The notes under the pieces are model-generated. The model ran no database searches, had not been told where the DNA came from, and saw only the letters and a program-made list of their open reading frames with translations. Shown piece after piece: positions 17,721 through 27,473 of a stretch of 64,000 nucleotides of DNA. Each line of letters starts with the position of its first letter. The first letter of the stretch is position 1. The position numbers were made by a program, and so were the translations under genes. Source of the stretch: an uncultured Chloroflexia bacterium. GTDB taxonomy: Bacteria; Chloroflexota; Chloroflexia; Thermomicrobiales; UBA6265. Location of the stretch: assembly GCA_963724295.1 (NCBI GenBank), contig CAVRUC010000010.1, positions 1 through 64,000 on the forward strand, in the 5' to 3' direction.

Positions 17721-18341
17721 ATGCGCAAATTCAAGGATTTCGAGAGCGCACTGAAGTACGCGTCGCGCCTCCATGCCAAACAAACCCGCAAGGGGTCCGA
17801 CACACCCTACATCTCCCATCTCCTCGCCGTCGCCGCGATCGTGCTCGATCATGGCGCCACCGAGAAGGAGGCGATCGCCGCTCTGCTGCACGATGCGGTC
17901 GAGGATCAGGGCGGGCAGAAGACGCTCGATAAGATTCGGCGCCGCTACGGCAAACGGGTCGCCAGGATCGTCGCGGCGTGCTCGGACACGGACGTATTAC
18001 CGAAGCCACCCTGGCGGGATCGAAAGGAGGCGTTTGTCGAGCGGCTGCGGTCCGAGTCGTATTCGGTCCGGCTGGTCGTAGCGGCCGACAAACTCCATAA
18101 CGTAAGGGACGTGCTCCGCAATTACCGCATCCACGGAGACGATCTCTGGTCGCATTTCAAAGGTGGCCACGATGGGACGCTCTGGTACTACCGCGCTGTC
18201 GTCGGGGCGCTGACTGAAGCCGCAAAGCCCGAAGAACACCAGCTGAACGCCCTGATCGAGGAGATCGGAATCACCCTCTCCTTGCTGGAGCAGGCGATGT
18301 CAGAGCGCTCTACGCGAATGCGTCCCGCGGAGCTTGCCTAG
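17721..18341 (+). CDS. RelA/SpoT-type HD-domain hydrolase (small alarmone hydrolase-like)
   Basis: Own RBS GGAGG; HAKQTRKGSDTPYISH, AALLHDAVEDQG, ADKLHN. Confidence 0.85.
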   Translation: MRKFKDFESALKYASRLHAKQTRKGSDTPYISHLLAVAAIVLDHGATEKEAIAALLHDAVEDQGGQKTLDKIRRRYGKRVARIVAACSDTDVLPKPPWRDRKEAFVERLRSESYSVRLVVAADKLHNVRDVLRNYRIHGDDLWSHFKGGHDGTLWYYRAVVGALTEAAKPEEHQLNALIEEIGITLSLLEQAMSERSTRMRPAELA

Positions 18342-18422
18342 CGGCACGGGAACCTGAAAGACCGATGCGGCGTCTCCTACGCACGCGGCCACCAACGTGG
18401 CCTGGCCGGAGAGGAGACAGCC

Positions 18423-20597
18423 ATGCATCGGTTCCCGATCCTGACCCTCGTCGTGTTCGCCTTTCTCGTGTCCTTGGTTGCAGCACCGCTGTCGGCGAGC
18501 GCGGACGGCGTCATCATCGTCGACCCGCCCGCCTGCGATCCCATCTGTCCTGACCCCGTCCTCATCGCCGATCAGCTCAACGTCCGATCCCATCGTGTCG
18601 ACGTCTCGATCGCCGATCAGGTGGCGACGACGCGCATCGACCAGATCTTCCACAACCCCAATAGCTGGGCCGCCGAAGGAACCTACATCTTCCCCATCCC
18701 GCCGGGCGCGGCCATCTCCGGCTTCACGATGACGGTCGATGGCGAGCCGGTCGAAGCCAAGCTGCTCGACGCCACGGAAGCGCGTCGCATCTACGACGAC
18801 ATCGTGCGCAACCTGCGCGACCCGGCGCTTCTCGAATACATCGGCGAGGGCGCCATCCAGGCCAGCGTCTTCCCGATCCCGCCCGGCGAAGACCGGCGCA
18901 TCGAGATCGAATACGGCGAGATCGTGCCGGTCGAAGAGGGGCTCTCCCGCTACCGGTATCCATTGAACACCGAGCGCTTCTCCGCGCAACCGCTGGAAGA
19001 GGTCAGCGTCCATGTCGGGGTCGAGACCCGAGAGCCAGTGCGTGCCGTCTACTCGCCGTCGCACGACGTCGCCGTCGACCGGCCAGACGACTTTCATTTC
19101 GCGGCGGGCTACGAAGCGAGCGATGTCCGGCCTGACACTGACTTCGAGCTCTTCTGGAGCGTCTCTCCGGACTCCATCGGCGCCAGCGTGGTGAGTTACG
19201 TCGACGAGAGCACAGGAGAGGGGTATTTCCTCCTCCTCGCGGCACCTGGGATCGACGACGAGACAGAGATCGTCGCCAAAGACGTCATCGTCGTGCTGGA
19301 TACCTCGGGCAGCATGGAGGGCGAGAAGATCGAGCAGGCGCGGGAGGCGCTCCTCTACGTTCTGGAGCACCTCAACCCGGACGACCGCTTCAACGTCGTC
19401 GAGTTCAGCACCGGCGCCCGCGAATACGCCCGCGAGCTGGTCGAGCCAACAGAAGCCGAAGACGCCGCGCGGTGGGTCGAACGTCTCGGCGCGACCGGTG
19501 GCACGGACATCAATCTGGCGCTGCTCACCGCCCTCGACATGGTCGAGCCGGGGCGGCCGACGATGATTCTCTTTCTGACCGACGGGCTGCCTACCGAAGG
19601 CGAGATCGATACCAGCCGCATCATCGCCAACGTCGATGATGCCGCACCGGAGAACGTCCGGCTCTTCGCCTTCGGCGTCGGTGATGACGTCGACGCGATC
19701 CTGCTCGATACCCTCTCCAGCGAACACCAGGGACGCACGACGTATGTTCGCCCCGGTGAAGCGCTCAACGAAACCGTCTCGAGCTTCTACTCGGGGATCA
19801 CCGCCCCGGTGCTGGCCGACCTCGAGGTCGAGGTCGAGGGCGTCGACGTGGCCGAGATCTACCCCGCGCCGCTACCAGACCTCTTCGCCGGATCACAGCT
19901 CATCGCTCTCGGCACGTACCCTGACGGTGGTCCGGCGACGTTGACGCTGCGCGGTGAGGTCAATGGAGAGCCTCGGGAGTTCAGCTACCCGGTCACCTTC
20001 ACCCGGGATGGCGGTAGCGAGTTTCTGCCGCGCCTGTGGGCCACGCGCAAGATCGGGTATTTGCTGAACCAGATCCGCTTGCACGGTGAGAACGACGAAC
20101 TGGTCGACGCGGTCATCGACCTCAGCCTGGAGCACGGCATCGTTACGCCATACACCTCGTACCTGATCACCGAGGACGATATCCACTCTCAGGAGGCGCG
20201 GGACCGGGCCGCCGAAGCGGCCTCCTCGCAAATCAACGCGGCCCCGGCCTCGGGTGCCGGCGCGGTGAATCAAGCACAAGAAGTCCAGGCGATGGCCGAC
20301 GTCGACACGGCCGCTCCCCTGCCAATGGCGACGTTTGTCACGGACGCGGGTGAGGAAGTGAGCGCGGCCGACGTCCTTCGCTACGCGGGCTCTCGCGCCT
20401 TCGTCCTCCGGGACGGAGTCTGGACCGACACCGCCTATGACCCCGACGCCATGACCGCGATCGAGGTCCCGTTCGCCAGCGATGAGTACTTCGCCTTGCT
20501 TGGCGAGCATCCGGAGCTTGGCGACGCCTTCGCGCTGGGCCAGCAGGTCGTCGTCGTTCTCGACGGCACGGCCTACCGGGTCACCGCCGAGGCGTAG
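18423..20597 (+). CDS. Secreted VIT + von Willebrand A domain protein
   Basis: Signal peptide; VIT region (EGTYIFPIP...DPALLEY); MIDAS DTSGSM; FLTDG; RLWATRKIG. Confidence 0.88.
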   Translation: MHRFPILTLVVFAFLVSLVAAPLSASADGVIIVDPPACDPICPDPVLIADQLNVRSHRVDVSIADQVATTRIDQIFHNPNSWAAEGTYIFPIPPGAAISGFTMTVDGEPVEAKLLDATEARRIYDDIVRNLRDPALLEYIGEGAIQASVFPIPPGEDRRIEIEYGEIVPVEEGLSRYRYPLNTERFSAQPLEEVSVHVGVETREPVRAVYSPSHDVAVDRPDDFHFAAGYEASDVRPDTDFELFWSVSPDSIGASVVSYVDESTGEGYFLLLAAPGIDDETEIVAKDVIVVLDTSGSMEGEKIEQAREALLYVLEHLNPDDRFNVVEFSTGAREYARELVEPTEAEDAARWVERLGATGGTDINLALLTALDMVEPGRPTMILFLTDGLPTEGEIDTSRIIANVDDAAPENVRLFAFGVGDDVDAILLDTLSSEHQGRTTYVRPGEALNETVSSFYSGITAPVLADLEVEVEGVDVAEIYPAPLPDLFAGSQLIALGTYPDGGPATLTLRGEVNGEPREFSYPVTFTRDGGSEFLPRLWATRKIGYLLNQIRLHGENDELVDAVIDLSLEHGIVTPYTSYLITEDDIHSQEARDRAAEAASSQINAAPASGAGAVNQAQEVQAMADVDTAAPLPMATFVTDAGEEVSAADVLRYAGSRAFVLRDGVWTDTAYDPDAMTAIEVPFASDEYFALLGEHPELGDAFALGQQVVVVLDGTAYRVTAEA

Positions 20598-20609
20598 CCT
20601 CCAGAGACA

Positions 20610-20646
20610 CGTAGCAGGGGCGGCTTATCGTGCCGCCCCTGCTACG
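20610..20646. terminator. 15-bp-stem hairpin downstream of the vWA gene (terminator or REP-like)
   Basis: cgtagcaggggcggc-ttatcgt-gccgcccctgctacg. Confidence 0.6.
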
Positions 20647-20684
20647 AAGAAGATAATCGCGAGCATGCAGGTCGAGGGAGTTCC

Positions 20685-21104
20685 ATGGAGATCGACACGA
20701 GCACAGATTTCGGAGCGCGCGCCACGCGCCATCTCGAGGACGACCAGATCGTCTGGCTGACGACGGTTGGCTCTAAGGGAACACCGCAGCCTTCCCCCGT
20801 CTGGTTTCTCTGGGATGGCGACACCGCGTTGATCTACAGCTATCCGTCGACCTCTAAACTGCGCAATATCGAGCAGCGACCTCGCGCCAGTCTGCACTTC
20901 AATTGCACCCCGAGCGGTGGCGACGTCGTCATCCTCACCGGCGATGCCTGGGTCGATGCGGACGCCGCACCGGCCAACGCGAATCCAGCCTTTGTCGACA
21001 AGTACACGGACGGAATGCGGAACATCGGCATGACACCCGACGCATATGGACAGGCGTTTTCGGTCGCGATCCGGGTCAGGCCGACCTCGCTACGAGGCCA
21101 CTGA
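20685..21104 (+). CDS. PPOX-class putative F420-dependent oxidoreductase (TIGR03667-like)
   Basis: IVWLTTV..GTPQPSPVWFLWDG, KLRNI, GGDVVILTG. Confidence 0.8.
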   Translation: MEIDTSTDFGARATRHLEDDQIVWLTTVGSKGTPQPSPVWFLWDGDTALIYSYPSTSKLRNIEQRPRASLHFNCTPSGGDVVILTGDAWVDADAAPANANPAFVDKYTDGMRNIGMTPDAYGQAFSVAIRVRPTSLRGH

Positions 21105-21116
21105 ACGGGAGCGGCT

Positions 21117-21752
21117 TCAGCGCACCGCCTCGAACAGCGAGAACAGCAGCGACCCGATGAGCAGCGAGGCCAGGATCAGCACGGTCACCCCGACCGCCAC
21201 GACCACCAACGTCATCGACGCCTGGCGATCCGCGTCGGCGCGCTCCCTCCGCTCGGCGGCGGTCGCCTCCCGCCGGTGGTGCGCCCTGGCAGGCCCAGGA
21301 GTCTCGTCGAAGGTCTGAAAGCCGCCAACATAGTGACGCATGATCTGATCCTGGATCACCTGCTGCCGGATGGTCCGGTCATAGGCCTGACGCTTGAGTG
21401 GATCAGCCAGGATCGTGTAGGCCGCATTGAGTCGACGGGCCAGATCCTCGGAGGCCAGCCGGCGCTCCGGGAGTTGCCGGTCCGGGTGGACGCGTTTCAT
21501 CGCCCTGCGGTAGGCGCGTGTGATCTCGGCGTGGGTGGCCGTGAACGGCACCCCGAGCAGCGAGTAATGATCTTCCTGGTCTGGGTCTGCTCCGGCGCCA
21601 TTCGGGCTGCTCCCGTGGAAACCGGTTTCGGGGTTTGCGGCCAATCGCTGAATCCACGCCGTGTGGCATGTCTGCTTGTCGTTAGCGGAACGCGTCTCTG
21701 GCCCTTGCGATGGCCACCATGACATTGTACGAGAGCCGAACCGCCGGGCCAC
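21117..21752 (-). CDS. J-domain (DnaJ-like) protein with C-terminal membrane anchor; start uncertain
   Basis: DHYSLLGV...AYRRAMKRVHPD...LNAAYTILADPLKRQAYD; hydrophobic C-terminus. Confidence 0.8.
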   Translation of the reverse strand: MARRFGSRTMSWWPSQGPETRSANDKQTCHTAWIQRLAANPETGFHGSSPNGAGADPDQEDHYSLLGVPFTATHAEITRAYRRAMKRVHPDRQLPERRLASEDLARRLNAAYTILADPLKRQAYDRTIRQQVIQDQIMRHYVGGFQTFDETPGPARAHHRREATAAERRERADADRQASMTLVVVAVGVTVLILASLLIGSLLFSLFEAVR

Positions 21753-21867
21753 AACCGGTGAAGCAAGCGCGGCGTGACGCGAAACAACGACACCGTCGCG
21801 CTACAATCAGGATGTCGATTCGGATTTCGCGCGATCGAAGCTAGCAAGCGCCGGCCGGGGTTCATCC

Positions 21868-22782
21868 ATGCGGGTTGATCTGGTGACCGTTCCCTACCGG
21901 TATGACGAGCGCGGCGAAGGACTTGGCGCCGGACCAGACGCGCTGCTTGCGGCGGGATTGCCGGAGCAGTTACGCGCCGCCGGCATTCATCTCGCCGGTC
22001 CGCATGAGGCACATCTCGATCCCGCGCTGCGGGAGGAAAATCGCACCGCGCTGAACATCGGACGACTCGGCGCGGACACCGCCCGCCTGGTCGCCGCGGC
22101 GCGCCGTGACGGGGATGGCGTCCTCGTACTTGCCGGCGATGACACGGCCGCGATCGGGGTCGTTTCCGGACTGGAGCAGGCTGTCGGAGCGGGCACGACG
22201 GTTGGGGTCGTCTGGGTCGACGCCCACGGCGATTTCAATACTCCGGAGACGTCGTTCAGCGGCATCTTGGCAGGAATGCCGGTCGCAATCCTGGCCGGTC
22301 TGGCCGGTCCTCTCTGGCGCAACGCGGCCGGTCTTGCCACTCCGGTGGCAACCGACGACATCATCCTGGCCGGCGTGCGCGAGCTCGACGAGAAGGAAGA
22401 GGAGCTGATCCGCTCGACGAACGTCCAGGTCGTCCCAGCGACCGAGCTCTGTGACGGCGACACGTTTGCCACCGCGGTCGATCGCCTGGCTCGGCGCTGC
22501 ACGCTGCTCTATCTCCACGTCGATCTCGACGTTCTCGATCCACGGTTTGTGCCAAGCGCATCCACGCCGTCGGCCAACGGGGTGAGCATCGAGGAACTGG
22601 TCACGGCGATGGCGACAGTGTTGCGGACCGGACAGGTTGCCGCTGTCACGATCAGCAGTCTCAATCCCGGAGCCGGAGCCCGCGGCGAGCGCTCTGTCGC
22701 CTCCGCCATGAAGGCGATCACCGGAGCGCTGCCGGCGTGGACCACCACACAGGAACCTTCAACTCAGGACAGCGCTTCCTGA
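21868..22782 (+). CDS. Arginase/ureohydrolase family protein
   Basis: WVDAHGDFNTPETS, HVDLDVLDP. Confidence 0.85.
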   Translation: MRVDLVTVPYRYDERGEGLGAGPDALLAAGLPEQLRAAGIHLAGPHEAHLDPALREENRTALNIGRLGADTARLVAAARRDGDGVLVLAGDDTAAIGVVSGLEQAVGAGTTVGVVWVDAHGDFNTPETSFSGILAGMPVAILAGLAGPLWRNAAGLATPVATDDIILAGVRELDEKEEELIRSTNVQVVPATELCDGDTFATAVDRLARRCTLLYLHVDLDVLDPRFVPSASTPSANGVSIEELVTAMATVLRTGQVAAVTISSLNPGAGARGERSVASAMKAITGALPAWTTTQEPSTQDSAS

Positions 22783-22999
22783 ACGCTCTCGCCACTAGCG
22801 AGCCTTCTCATCATGGCGCAAACCAGTCTTGGCCAGCGCTCCCGCCGCATGCTAAACTCCATCGCTGTGCCCGGTTTCCGGGTGCTTTTACTGTCACGCG
22901 CTGAAGCCAGGCAGCGAAGGAGCGCGGTGCCACCGCGCGACGTCGTGCCACTTGCCATGACGTTGGTTCGAGCACCAAGAGCGAGAAAGACGGAGTCAG

Positions 23000-23353
23000 A
23001 TGGTTGCCCAGATCGTTCGTGAGCTCGAGGCGGAGCAATTCAAACCGGATATTCCCGAGTTCGGCCCCGGCGACACCGTGCGTGTTCACGCCAAGGTCGT
23101 CGAGGGCACCCGGGAGCGCATCCAGGTCTTCGAGGGCGTCGTCATCCGCCGGCGCGCGGGTGGTATCAACGAGAACTTCACGGTGCGGCGCATTGCCTCA
23201 CACGGCATCGGGGTCGAGCGGACCTTTCTCGTCCACTCGCCGCGCATCGACAGGATCGAAGTGACCCGCCGCGGCCGTGTTCGCCGCGCCAAGCTCTACT
23301 ATCTGCGCGGCCTCACCGGGCGCGCCGCCCGCATCAAGGAGAAGCGGACGTAG
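23000..23353 (+). CDS. rplS: 50S ribosomal protein L19
   Basis: [35 protein letters not shown]. Confidence 0.98.
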   Translation: MVAQIVRELEAEQFKPDIPEFGPGDTVRVHAKVVEGTRERIQVFEGVVIRRRAGGINENFTVRRIASHGIGVERTFLVHSPRIDRIEVTRRGRVRRAKLYYLRGLTGRAARIKEKRT

Positions 23354-23376
23354 GCCCACGGAGCTCACCTGCGTTC

Positions 23377-23406
23377 AAGCGCCCGGCCAATTGGCCGGGC
23401 GCTTTT
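23377..23406 (+). terminator. Rho-independent terminator after rplS
   Basis: aagcgcccggcc-aatt-ggccgggcgctttt. Confidence 0.75.
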
Positions 23407-23480
23407 GCATTGCCCGGCACGTGCGGTTAGCGTTGCTGCATTGCGTGGTACTGTCCGCGGCGGAGGTTGATGGCGGACCG

Positions 23481-24167
23481 ATGAGCCTTGGCAATGGTCA
23501 GTCGCGCGGGCGTCTGTCTGGTCCGGACGCGGCTCCCGATCTCCGCTGGGAGCGCGCATTCTGGAGCGCCGGGCTGCGTTGCGTCGCCGGCGTGGACGAG
23601 GTCGGACGAGGCGCGATGGCGGGGCCTCTCGTTGCGGCGGCCGTCGTCTTCCCGGCATCAGAGGGGTGGGCGCTACGCCGGCTGCGGGCAGCCCTGACCG
23701 ATGTGCGGGACTCGAAGCTGCTGTCGCCGGAGCGACGCGTCGAGCTGCTCGACAGAATCGAGCAGACCGCGGTCGCCATCGGGGTCGGCGTCGTGCCGGT
23801 GCCGGAGCTCGACGCCGTTGGCCTCGGTCCGGCCAACCGGATGGCTATGGAGCGCGCTGTTTTCGGACTCGATATCGACGTCGACGCGCTCGTCATCGAC
23901 GCCTGCGTGCTCGATCTGGGCTGTCCGCAGAGCGGTCCCATCGACGGCGACGCGTTGTCGATCTCGGTCGCGGCGGCCTCGATCGTTGCCAAAGTGACCC
24001 GCGACCGCGTCATGGTTGCTCTTGGACAGGAAGACCCCCGCTACGGCTTCGAGCTGCACAAGGGGTATTGCTCGGCATATCACAAGGCGAGGTTGGCGGA
24101 ACACGGCCCTTGCCTGCACCATCGACGGTGCTTTTCCCCGGTTGCGGGCTGGGATCCGGGCTCGTGA
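23481..24167 (+). CDS. rnhB: Ribonuclease HII
   Basis: GVDEVGRG, DSK, AASIVAKVTRD, HKGY; rplS-rnhB-yraN synteny. Confidence 0.93.
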   Translation: MSLGNGQSRGRLSGPDAAPDLRWERAFWSAGLRCVAGVDEVGRGAMAGPLVAAAVVFPASEGWALRRLRAALTDVRDSKLLSPERRVELLDRIEQTAVAIGVGVVPVPELDAVGLGPANRMAMERAVFGLDIDVDALVIDACVLDLGCPQSGPIDGDALSISVAAASIVAKVTRDRVMVALGQEDPRYGFELHKGYCSAYHKARLAEHGPCLHHRRCFSPVAGWDPGS

Positions 24168-24541
24168 CGCCGACCACTCGCCAGGAGCTTGGGGCAGCCG
24201 GCGAGCTGCTGGCGCGACGTCATCTGGAGCACAAGGGATACCGGTTCGTGGCGGCAAACTGGCGCCGCCCGTACGGTGAGCTCGACCTCATCATGCGGGA
24301 CGGTGACGTGCTCGTGTTCGTCGAAGTGAAGACCCGTAGCGGCGAGCGACTCGGCACCGCCGAGGAGGCGCTGACCTGGGCTCAGGCCAGACGGCTGCTG
24401 CGTGGAGCGCAGACGTTTCTTGGCGAACGGGAGGATCTCGCCGGTCTCTTCTGGCGGGTCGATTTCGTCGCCATCACCCTGACGCCGACCGGAGCAGTCT
24501 CCCGCCTGACGCACGTCGTCGACGCCGTCCGCTCCGGCTGA
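24164..24541 (+). CDS. yraN: YraN family (UPF0102) endonuclease-like protein
   Basis: LGAAGE, NWR..YGELDLI, LVFVEVKTR; GTGA overlap with rnhB. Confidence 0.9.
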   Translation: MTPTTRQELGAAGELLARRHLEHKGYRFVAANWRRPYGELDLIMRDGDVLVFVEVKTRSGERLGTAEEALTWAQARRLLRGAQTFLGEREDLAGLFWRVDFVAITLTPTGAVSRLTHVVDAVRSG

Positions 24542-24684
24542 ACTGGCCTGTGTCGTGCATGCTCTCTCCCCCGTAGCGGGCGAATCCGGTATGCTGCCGG
24601 TATGCCGGCCAGGCACTGAGCAAGTCGCGTTGGATCAGGCTCGCGCGTCCCAGGCGAGCTCATAGCGGCGGAGGAGAGAAGATC

Positions 24685-25380
24685 ATGCGTTTCGCAGGCA
24701 GGGGCACATGCACGGGCAACTTGCACTTGCAGTTGCTGTCCACCGCCGCATTGGCGGTCGCCATGACGGTCGGGCTCGCCGGAGTGGGCTTCGCCCAGGA
24801 TGCCACGCCGACCGCGATGGGAGATGACGCCGGACTCGCCTACCCAACTCATCTCCATGGCGGAGACTGTGACAACCTCAGTGCCGAGCCTGTGGAGCGT
24901 CTCGCCGATCTCCTGCTCCCGGAATGGGTCGCGGGGCTGACGGAAGGTGAGGACGCCGGTATCGTCGCCGAAGACTTCGGCAACGCCCCGATACCAGTGG
25001 CCGCCGCCACCACCGAAGTGAACCTCGCGCTCGCCGATATCGTTGCCGGCAAGCACGCCATCAATGTCGAGAGTCCCAATCCCGACGATCCCGAGGACTC
25101 GGTCGCGTGCGGGAACATCGGCGGCGTCGCCGACGAGCATGGTGATCTGTTCGTCGGTCTGGGTGAATCAAATGGATCCGGGCATCATGGGATCGTTTGG
25201 CTCCATGACAACGGGACCAGCACGACGATCGTCGTCTTCCTGGCGCATCCCGAAGAGGCGGCAGGCATCGAAACGGCACTGGCAGCCCTCGCCGCGGCCG
25301 AAGAGGAAGCCGCCGCGACCCCCGTCGCTACCCCAGGAGCTACGCCGGTCGCCGATGCCGACGCTACGCCGGTGACCTAG
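24685..25380 (+). CDS. Secreted hypothetical protein with His/Cys motifs (PTHLHGGDC...HAINV...VACG)
   Basis: RBS GGAGGAG; signal peptide ending AQDATP. Confidence 0.7.
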   Translation: MRFAGRGTCTGNLHLQLLSTAALAVAMTVGLAGVGFAQDATPTAMGDDAGLAYPTHLHGGDCDNLSAEPVERLADLLLPEWVAGLTEGEDAGIVAEDFGNAPIPVAAATTEVNLALADIVAGKHAINVESPNPDDPEDSVACGNIGGVADEHGDLFVGLGESNGSGHHGIVWLHDNGTSTTIVVFLAHPEEAAGIETALAALAAAEEEAAATPVATPGATPVADADATPVT

Positions 25381-25454
25381 GATCGAATCGAGACTCCCCG
25401 ACGGCGCGGTCAACGCTGACCGCGCCGTCGCTTTGAGCGCGGAGGAGCGCCCTC

Positions 25455-25994
25455 ATGAGTGAGTCATCGTTCGGGGCTGGGGCGTCTACGGGAGGGGTCG
25501 CGGCGCATCGCGCGGACGCGCCGGACTCGGTCCGTTGCGCCGTGTTGACCGTCAGCGACACCCGTACTCCCGACTCGGATACATCCGGCGCGCTGATCCG
25601 CGAGACGCTCAGCTTCTCCGGACACCGTGTCGTCGACTACCGCATCGTTCCGGACGAACCCGATCAGATACGCGAGATCCTCGCGGTCTGGATCGCCCGC
25701 GACGACGTCCAGGCCGTCCTGTCGAACGGTGGCACCGGAATAGCCGCGCGCGACACCACCTATGACGCCATCTCCGCCATACTCGAGAAGCGGATCGACG
25801 GTTTTGGCGAGCTCTTCCGCATGCTCTCCTGGCAAGAGGTCGGCGCGGCGGCGATGCTCTCGCGCGCGGTCGCGGGCGTCGCCGGGGGAACGCTCATCGT
25901 CGCTATGCCAGGCTCGACGAACGCGGTTCGCCTGGCACTGACCAAGCTCATCGTCCCGGAGCTCGGTCACCTGGTTTACGAGATCGCCAAGTAA
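25455..25994 (+). CDS. moaB: Molybdenum cofactor biosynthesis protein MoaB/Mog
   Basis: LTVSDTR, GGTGIAARD, GFGELFR, AMLSRA, MPGSTNAV. Confidence 0.92.
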   Translation: MSESSFGAGASTGGVAAHRADAPDSVRCAVLTVSDTRTPDSDTSGALIRETLSFSGHRVVDYRIVPDEPDQIREILAVWIARDDVQAVLSNGGTGIAARDTTYDAISAILEKRIDGFGELFRMLSWQEVGAAAMLSRAVAGVAGGTLIVAMPGSTNAVRLALTKLIVPELGHLVYEIAK

Positions 25995-26086
25995 CGCCTC
26001 CAGTTGCTCCGTCACGAGGGGTGGGCTAGCATCGCCGCTCGTGTGGTTGGCAACGTCATGTCCGTAAAGGAAAGGATCGGCGGCGG

Positions 26087-27442
26087 GTGAGCGGCGAGGG
26101 CGGAGGGAAGAAGCGGCAAGCACGCGTCCTCAAGGGGTTCCGCGATTACCTGCCGGAGCAGATGATCCTGCGCCAGCGGATCATCGGTATCTTCCGCGAC
26201 ATTTTCGAGCGCCATGGCTTCGAGCCGCTCGACACTCCGGCGCTGGAGTATCTCGACGTTCTCACCGGTAAGGCCGGCGAAAACGAAAAGCTGATGTACC
26301 GCTTCCAGGACGCCGGCGGTCGTGAGGTCGGGCTGCGCTACGACCTGACCGTACCCCTTGCCCGCGTGGTGGCAATGCACCAGAACGATCTCGTCCTCCC
26401 CTTCAAGCGCTACCAGATCGCCCCGGTCTGGCGGGCGGAAAATCCGCAGCGCGGACGATTCCGCGAGTTCTGGCAGTGTGACGCCGATATCGCCGGTTCG
26501 TCATCGCCGCTAGCCGATGCCGAAGTGATCGCCATCATGGCGGAGGCCCTGGAAGGGATCGGCATCCCGCAATTCACCATCAGGATCAGCCACCGCCAGC
26601 TTCTGGAGAGCCTGGGCCGCGCCGCCGGAGTGGCGGCAGATCAGGCGCTCGCTCTCTACCGCGCTATCGACAAGCTCGACAAGATCGGCCCGGAGGGCGT
26701 CGCGCGGGAGTTGGCCGAAGGCGGAGTCAGCGCCGATCAGGCCACGCGCCTGCTCGACCTGGTGATGAAGCAGGGTGAGCCGCTTGGTCTCCTCGCGCAG
26801 CTTCGCCGCGAGCTCTCGGAGGTGGCAGGCGCCGCCGCGGCCGTCGACGAGCTGGAGCAGATCTTCCGGATTCTGCCCGATTTCGGGGTCGCGCCCAACC
26901 GCTACACCCTCGATCTGGCGCTCGCCCGCGGACTCGACTATTACACCGGTCCGGTCTTCGAAGCAACCGTCACCGAGCCGAATGTCGGCTCGGTCGGCGG
27001 CGCCGGCCGCTATGACGGTCTGGTCGGCGCATTTCTGGGGCGACCAATCCCCGCCACCGGCATGTCCCTCGGTCTGGAGCGCATCATCGAGGTCGTGCGC
27101 GAGCACGGCCTGATGCCTCTGCCGGCGACGATTGCCGAGGTCGCGATCGTGGTCTTCCCGGAGACCGTTGGCGCGGGCGCCGGGCTGGCGTCGTCCCTGC
27201 GCCGGCAAGGATTGCGGGTCGATCTCTCCCTGCAACCACAGCGGAGCGTTGGCGATCAGCTCAAGCTGGCCGATCGCAAGGGGATTCCGGTCGCCGTGAT
27301 TCTCGGTTCCAGCGAGCTGGAGGCCGGCACGGCGACGGTCAAGGACTTGCGGGATGGCGACCAGCAGACGGTGGCCCTTGCTGGCCTCAGCGAGGTCGTG
27401 CGCAACGTCCTCGAGCAAACAGTAGCGGTAGGCGGCCGCTGA
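26087..27442 (+). CDS. hisS: Histidine--tRNA ligase
   Basis: KGFRDYLP, LRYDLTVP, GRFREFWQCD, RGLDYYTG, GAGRYD. Confidence 0.97.
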   Translation: MSGEGGGKKRQARVLKGFRDYLPEQMILRQRIIGIFRDIFERHGFEPLDTPALEYLDVLTGKAGENEKLMYRFQDAGGREVGLRYDLTVPLARVVAMHQNDLVLPFKRYQIAPVWRAENPQRGRFREFWQCDADIAGSSSPLADAEVIAIMAEALEGIGIPQFTIRISHRQLLESLGRAAGVAADQALALYRAIDKLDKIGPEGVARELAEGGVSADQATRLLDLVMKQGEPLGLLAQLRRELSEVAGAAAAVDELEQIFRILPDFGVAPNRYTLDLALARGLDYYTGPVFEATVTEPNVGSVGGAGRYDGLVGAFLGRPIPATGMSLGLERIIEVVREHGLMPLPATIAEVAIVVFPETVGAGAGLASSLRRQGLRVDLSLQPQRSVGDQLKLADRKGIPVAVILGSSELEAGTATVKDLRDGDQQTVALAGLSEVVRNVLEQTVAVGGR

Positions 27443-27473
27443 CCGGCCACGATCAATTGATAGTGGGAGCGAG

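Noticed and set aside
22955..22985. GGTTCGAG...ACCA resembling a tRNA T-arm/3' end
   Set aside because: No cloverleaf or T-stem pairing; the segment lies in the rplS leader
23277..24541. Extended rnhB and yraN ORFs as given in the track
   Set aside because: The extensions overlap rplS, its terminator and rnhB; better starts are at 23481 and 24164
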